From Actinomycetota bacterium (GTDB lineage Bacteria > Actinomycetota > Geothermincolia > Fen-727 > Anoxymicrobiaceae): a stretch of 64,000 nt of DNA. The stretch spans positions 55,462 to 119,461 of the forward strand of contig JAHIMR010000096.1 in the NCBI GenBank assembly GCA_018896525.1, written 5' to 3'. Made by a program: the position numbers and the translations under genes. The notes below the pieces were generated by a model that was given only the letters and a program-made list of their open reading frames with translations, was not told where the DNA came from and did not search any database. Within the stretch, counting starts at the first letter, position 1. Each line of letters opens with the position of its first letter. Shown here in pieces: positions 59,857-64,000 of the stretch.

Positions 59857-61007
59857 CGTATGTTTTCAGATGCGTTGTCGTCCCTGTCCGCTGTGTGCCC
59901 GCCGGAGTCGCACACAAACACACGGTCGGACAGCGTGAGGTCCTCCTTGACCCACCCGCACTTGGAGCACGGCTTGGAGGTGGCCTCAAAGCGGGGGACC
60001 ACCACCAGATCGATGCCGTACCAGTAGCACTTGTAGGCAAGTTGCCTCCGGAACTCACGCATGGAGGAGTCGGCAACGGCACGGGCGAGCCTCCTGTTCT
60101 TCATCATGCCGGACACGTTCAGGTCCTCGACGCCGATCACGTACGGCCTCTCAGACGGCGGCTTGGCTTTCGCCACTATCCGTGAGGTCGCCTTGTGTAC
60201 GGCGTCTGAGCGCACGCGGGATATCCGCATGTGCTGCCTGGCTATTCTTTTCCTGGTCTTCTCCCGACGATTTGAGCCTTTCTCCTGGCGGGACAGCTTC
60301 TTCTGGAGACGGGATAGCTTCTTCGCGCCCGTATAGAGCGCCTTCGGGTTCTCGCAGTGAGTGTGGTTGTCGTTGCCATGCGAGCAGACAGCCAGCGTCT
60401 TCACCCCGAGGTCTACACCTGTGGGAGGGCCTGTCGCTTCTTCTACCTCCATCTCCTGTTCTACCTGGAGGCTTACGAACCACCTGCCGGCGCGCTCGGA
60501 GACGGTCGCGGAGAGAACGTGAACGCCGGGGGTGCCGTCTGCCGGCAGGTATCCCTTCTCCTTCAGCCTTGTCCAGCCCAGGCAGGGGAGCTTCACCCGC
60601 CTGGCTTCCACGTGTATGGAACCGGTGAGGCGGAAGGAGCCCAGGCCCCGCCTGCGACTCTTGAAGCGCGGGAAGCCCACCTTGCCCTTGAGCTTTCCTT
60701 TCTTCTTCTCTTTCGCCCTCCGGTAGAAGTGGGTGAAGGCCCTGTCCAGGTCCCGGAGCGCCTCCTGGGGGGCGCACTTGGAGACCTCGTAGAGCCAGGG
60801 GAACTCCGTCTTCTTGAGGGCGTTCAGCTCGCGGTGGAGTTCAATAGCGTTTGGGGACCTCCCGGTGAGGCGGTAGCTCTCACTCTTTCGCGCAAGCCCC
60901 CAGTTGTAGGCGAAGCGGGCGGCGCCCGCGTGGTTTGCCAGGGCCTTCTCCTGTGTCCTGTTGGGCTTGAGCTCCGTCTTGTAGGCCCGCTTAGTCTTCA
61001 GGGTCAC
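59730..61007 (-). CDS. tnpB: TnpB (IS605 OrfB-family RNA-guided RuvC nuclease), canonical
   Basis: KRAYKTELKPN.TQ N-terminus. RuvC-I GVDLGVK, RuvC-II VIGVEDLNV, Zn finger TSKPCSKCG...FVCDSGGHTADRDDNASENI (RuvC-III). GTG start. Confidence 0.92.
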   Translation of the reverse strand: MTLKTKRAYKTELKPNRTQEKALANHAGAARFAYNWGLARKSESYRLTGRSPNAIELHRELNALKKTEFPWLYEVSKCAPQEALRDLDRAFTHFYRRAKEKKKGKLKGKVGFPRFKSRRRGLGSFRLTGSIHVEARRVKLPCLGWTRLKEKGYLPADGTPGVHVLSATVSERAGRWFVSLQVEQEMEVEEATGPPTGVDLGVKTLAVCSHGNDNHTHCENPKALYTGAKKLSRLQKKLSRQEKGSNRREKTRKRIARQHMRISRVRSDAVHKATSRIVAKAKPPSERPYVIGVEDLNVSGMMKNRRLARAVADSSMREFRRQLAYKCYWYGIDLVVVPRFEATSKPCSKCGWVKEDLTLSDRVFVCDSGGHTADRDDNASENIRLLAVSSTERVNGRGGDVRPLVSERRTPEKRQSGEMAHLSSF

Positions 61008-61056
61008 TCACCGCCTCTACCGCTTTCTTTGCCCTGTTCCTCGCGCCGCGCTTCCC

Positions 61057-61569
61057 CTAGATCCTCGCGCACATTGAGGTAACCACGTCTATGAAGTCGG
61101 CCCACATGTCTGCCATCTCCTCAGTATCATCGGCAACTATGATACTCCTGCCCTGTGACACCATTGCGGCCTCTATATACTCGAAGCCGAAGCGGGCCAG
61201 CCGGTCTTTGTGCTCCACCAGGATCCGACCGACTTCGGGGGTTTGCAGCAACCCCGTGAGCTTTCTTTTGCGGCCATTCAAGCCCGAGCCTATCTCCTCC
61301 ACCACCTGACCAACCTTCCACCCGTTTGCCGCGGCATAATCCTTGAGCCGCGAGACCTGGCGACCCATGTCTTCCTTTTGGTCGTGAGAGGATACACGGG
61401 CGTATATCGCTACCTGGGCTGGTGGCTTCATCCTGAGGGCTTCTTCGTAGACGAGAATCGTGCCTGTTTCCAACTGTTCTGCTCTCGCCGGAAGCGTACC
61501 ATCGTGATACCAGCGAAGAGCGGTCCTGTAGGATATCCCGTTCTTGCTTGCCCATGCAGACAGTTTCAT
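61057..61569 (-). CDS. tnpA: IS607-family serine recombinase transposase (C-terminal tail cut off by an in-frame TAG)
   Basis: MKLSAWASKNGISYRTALRWYHDGTLP + VAIYARVSSHDQKEDMGRQ. Paralog of the 25710..26300 protein. The TAG replaces the Tyr codon of the paralog, and the downstream frame still encodes GKRGARNRAKK... Confidence 0.9.
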   Translation of the reverse strand: MKLSAWASKNGISYRTALRWYHDGTLPARAEQLETGTILVYEEALRMKPPAQVAIYARVSSHDQKEDMGRQVSRLKDYAAANGWKVGQVVEEIGSGLNGRKRKLTGLLQTPEVGRILVEHKDRLARFGFEYIEAAMVSQGRSIIVADDTEEMADMWADFIDVVTSMCARI

Positions 61570-61842
61570 GTGTATATAATATCATGATAATACACAGATG
61601 TCATCATATCAGTGAACTGCTAACAACCCTCCGCTGTCAGCTATCGGTTACCGACGGAGAACGACTCAAACCCGTGTCAGTCGTCAATAGCGGGAACGAG
61701 GCTGAACGTGCAACCCCAAATCAATACGGTGCTAAGAATCCACAACTCAAAGACCTGCGCCACGTTACCGGGAATTCCATGGCTTAACATTGACATACAC
61801 AGCATTATGTGTTACACATAAAGATGTGTTCAAGTCATAAGA

Positions 61843-62103
61843 ATGTGGAAGGAGAATGCTTTGTCCAAGAGGAATCTCACACTCTCCCTGTCCGAGAGCC
61901 TCATCAAGAAGGCAAAGACTGAGGCGGCCAGGGAAGGGGTCTCGATGAACTTCTACATCCAGGAAGCGGTGGAGGAACGGCTCAGAGCACGCTCTGGTTA
62001 CATGGCCGCGATGCGAAGGCAGTTGAAAGACCTCGATGCCGGTCACGACCTGGGGACCAGGGGAGATATTCGGTACACCAGGGACGAGCTCCATGAGCGA
62101 TAG
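61843..62103 (+). CDS. vapB: Ribbon-helix-helix (CopG/VapB-like) antitoxin
   Basis: KRNLTLSLSESLIKKAKTEAAREGVSMNFYIQEAVEERL is a typical RHH. It overlaps the downstream PIN gene by 11 nt. Confidence 0.7.
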   Translation: MWKENALSKRNLTLSLSESLIKKAKTEAAREGVSMNFYIQEAVEERLRARSGYMAAMRRQLKDLDAGHDLGTRGDIRYTRDELHER

Positions 62104-62512
62104 AGTCTTCGTGGACACGAACATCCTGGTCTACGCGCACGATATCTCCGCGGGGAACAAACACCAAAAGGCCAGGGACATAGTCTCTGACCTCTGGGTT
62201 TCCGGGCTCGGCGTAATCAGCACCCAGGTCCTGCAGGAATTCTACAACGCCGTCACAAGGAAGGTTCCGAAGCCGCTACCACTTCAAGAGGCAAGGAGGA
62301 AGGTCAGTGACTTCTCAAAGTGGGGAGTGGTGGTGATCGGGGTTGATGACGTCCTGGACGCGATCGACATCCAGGCGAGGTACGGCTTCTCCTTCTGGGA
62401 CTCCCTAATAATATCCGCGGCGATAACCGCCGACGCGAGAGTCCTCATAACCGAAGACCTGACCGACGGGCAAGAAGTCCGCGGAGTGCTTGTTTCAAAT
62501 CCGCTGCTGTGA
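62093..62512 (+). CDS. vapC: PIN-domain toxin (VapC family)
   Basis: MSDRVFVDTNILVYAHD (first acidic residue), ...SFWDSLIISAA..., ITEDL. Start at ATG 62093. Confidence 0.85.
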   Translation: MSDRVFVDTNILVYAHDISAGNKHQKARDIVSDLWVSGLGVISTQVLQEFYNAVTRKVPKPLPLQEARRKVSDFSKWGVVVIGVDDVLDAIDIQARYGFSFWDSLIISAAITADARVLITEDLTDGQEVRGVLVSNPLL

Positions 62513-62524
62513 GCAGCCTTGTCC

Positions 62525-62658
62525 ACCGTTCCTCAGAATGATGACAAATGTGACGTCTCTCCTGATTGACGCTTCCCGGGCGTCCGCCTCCCGGAACCGA
62601 GAGGTCTTACGTCACCTCCACGTCCGTTTACCCTCTCCGTCGAACTGACGGCGAGCAA
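62525..62658 (-). repeat. Solo copy of the tnpB 3'-end / IS607 right-end segment (stand-alone omega-RNA-like scaffold or IS remnant)
   Basis: 125/134 nt identical to 59723-59856 with no indels. Homology begins exactly at the same CCGTTCC terminus. No tnpB body is attached. Confidence 0.7.
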
Positions 62659-62981
62659 TAATATGTGTGTAATGACCATAGTAGGGAGCCTGCAACCGTA
62701 TCGCAACGGGCGGGCCCGGCCTGGTCATGGCATCCAGTTGCTTTTACATCTCACCAAGGCTCTTTGCAACAGGATGCACAATATTCCGAGTTTTGGGTAC
62801 TGTTCTGGACGGTTGCCATTTCGACTTTTTGGCTTGCCGAAGGCATTGGTGGACAATAGTGTATTTGAACCACTGACTCCAGGCACGCGGAAATCCAGGT
62901 TCAAATACACTCGGATGCAATGATATCCAAACGGTCCGCGAGCAAACGCACAGAAGCAAATGAAACGATACACAGCAGAGC

Positions 62982-63059
62982 TGGTAGCGCATAGGGGATT
63001 TGAACCCCTGTTACCGCCTTGAGAGGGCGGCGTCCTGGACCAGGCTAGACGAATGCGCC
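62982..63059 (-). tRNA. tRNA-Glu (anticodon CUC), CCA encoded
   Basis: Manual cloverleaf: acceptor GGCGCAT/ATGCGCT (G1.U72), anticodon stem CCGCC/GGCGG with loop CUCUCAA, T arm AGGGG-TTCAAAT-CCCCT, discriminator A, CCA. Confidence 0.85.
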
Positions 63060-63428
63060 ATGTCTCAATAATGCTTATTCTAAAGGGTTTCTAAGTACCT
63101 GCTCGTGACCAAAGCATTATCTTGTACAGCCCCTTACCCTATTCTCCTGTCCATAATGACACATGATAACAAAAAAAACGAACAAACTGTGTAGCTTGTG
63201 TGTGGCGAGCGCGAGATGCTGAAAACGGCGGGGCACCTGCGCCCAACCCGCTCAGGCGCTTTTCGAGTGCGGTCGCTCGCTGGTCACGCCGCTCATTCCT
63301 GTCACCGGCCTGTGCTAGAATTACCTCGGTCCATCGATGATTCCCATGCTTTCTGGGGTTCGTCTAAGGGACACAAGGCGGCAGTATAGGTTGCTGAAGC
63401 AAAACAACGGTCGATACCTGGGGGCCAA

Positions 63429-64000
63429 ATGGATGCTTTCGCTCTTCGCAACTCAGTAATCAGCGACTACAGGAACTATATCGAGGGTTTCCTGACCATC
63501 AAAGACCAGCGGATCGACGCTTTCGTCAAAGACAAATTCGAGGCGGGCACTCTTTGGCCTGAGCCCCTTCTCCAACTTAACCCCCAGTACGAGAAACCAA
63601 CCTCCATCGGTGAACTTGTCGAAGAAGGGGTGCTTCATCCAGAGTGCCGCTCCATTTTCGGTGACTTGAACCTGTACGCCCACCAGGTTCGAGCAATTGA
63701 GGCAGCGGGACGCTGGGAACATTACATCCTGACTACCGGGACCGGCTCGGGGAAGAGCCTCACTTATCTTGTCCCCATAGTCGATCACAGCCTCAAGAAC
63801 CCGTCCGAGGAGCGAAAGGTCCGGGCAATAATCGTTTATCCGATGAACGCCCTGATCAACTCCCAGGAAAAAGCTCTCCGGGAAATGTTAAAAGACACGC
63901 CTCAAGTCACCTACGCCCGTTACACCGGCCAGGAGGGTGATGAGAGGAAGAAGGAAATCCAGGCTGAACCGCCTGATATTCTTCTCACAAACTATGTGAT
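63429..64000 (+). CDS. DEXH/DEAD-box superfamily 2 helicase, N-terminal part (continues beyond window)
   Basis: Not in the ORF track because it is open-ended. ATG 63429, then MDAFALRNSVISDYRNYIEGFL...LWPEPLLQLNP...LYAHQVRAIEAA...ILTTGTGSGKSLTYLVPIV (Walker A)...VYPMNALINSQ...ILLTNYV. Confidence 0.8.
   Translation, partial: MDAFALRNSVISDYRNYIEGFLTIKDQRIDAFVKDKFEAGTLWPEPLLQLNPQYEKPTSIGELVEEGVLHPECRSIFGDLNLYAHQVRAIEAAGRWEHYILTTGTGSGKSLTYLVPIVDHSLKNPSEERKVRAIIVYPMNALINSQEKALREMLKDTPQVTYARYTGQEGDERKKEIQAEPPDILLTNYV

Larger units (their letters stand above)
59723..61630 (-). mobile_element. IS607-family insertion sequence #2 (tnpA-tnpB); left boundary approximate
   Basis: Canonical gene pair. The right end is defined by the end of homology with the solo copy (…GGAACGG). 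The AT-rich left end resembles that of element #1. Confidence 0.75.

Noticed and set aside
59763-61082. Plus-strand and alternative-frame ORFs across IS607 #2 (59763..60185, 60061..60336, 60151..60777, 60182..60628, 60357..61082, 61091..61309, 61210..61587)
   Set aside because: They overlap the well-supported tnpB and tnpA genes on the minus strand and have low-complexity translations.
61765-62167. Minus-strand ORFs 61765..62124 and 61982..62167
   Set aside because: They are antisense to the vapB/vapC pair, which has a typical RHH/PIN sequence and overlapping-gene architecture.
62663-63389. Small ORFs in the spacers flanking tRNA-Glu (62663..62923, 62665..62859, 62725..62973, 62744..62992, 63198..63389)
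   Set aside because: They are mutually overlapping, with no RBS and no recognisable domains, and one overlaps the tRNA gene. They are treated as non-coding.
63453-63788. Minus-strand 111-aa ORF
   Set aside because: It is antisense to the open-ended helicase gene, whose Walker A and helicase motifs are unambiguous on the + strand.

Overview
GC-rich bacterial chromosome segment from an anaerobe that uses selenocysteine and many GTG/TTG starts. I cannot assign the lineage from the sequence alone.

Gene content, left to right:
- 0.4-25.6 kb: an almost complete Wood-Ljungdahl (reductive acetyl-CoA) cluster. It holds lpdA (divergent), fhs, RACo-type corrinoid activator, cooC, fchA, folD, acsD, cooS/acsA, acsB, acsC, metV, metF, a short core-MetE-like methyltransferase, lipA, acsE, nuoE/nuoF-like subunits and a Sec-containing formate dehydrogenase.
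- 25.6-28.5 kb: an IS607-like insertion with an unusual three-gene, translationally coupled layout. It encodes a serine recombinase TnpA, a 162-aa protein with an RNxxxH (HEPN-like) motif, and an enlarged 521-aa TnpB/Cas12-like RuvC protein whose zinc finger is degenerate. This is my best candidate for an undescribed system.
- 28.5-37 kb: lepB, ligA, gatCAB, a GT2 glycosyltransferase and gcvH.
- 37.2-37.9 kb: an MNT/HEPN toxin-antitoxin pair.
- 38-57 kb: an amino-acid biosynthesis super-cluster. It holds aconitase-family large and small subunits plus isocitrate dehydrogenase, then ilvD, ilvB, ilvN, ilvC, a class V aminotransferase, serA, leuA, leuC, leuD, leuB, ilvE and cimA.
- 58.5-63.1 kb: an islet bracketed by an intact tRNA-Glu(CUC) and a 69-nt duplicate of its 3' part. 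It contains a pilin-like gene, a canonical IS607 (tnpA-tnpB), vapBC and a solo copy of the tnpB 3'-end (omega-RNA-like) segment.
- 63.4 kb to the window end: the 5' part of a DEXH helicase of a type common in defence islands.

Three intergenic repeat families punctuate the operons:
- A ~165-bp MITE-like palindromic element, 5 copies, each abutting the upstream stop codon.
- A GGTGCCAGGCACC-core hairpin family at 3 loci.
- A 35-bp hairpin unit, present as a 3.8x tandem array plus one solo copy.

Most long antisense ORFs in the six-frame track are GC-rich shadow ORFs.
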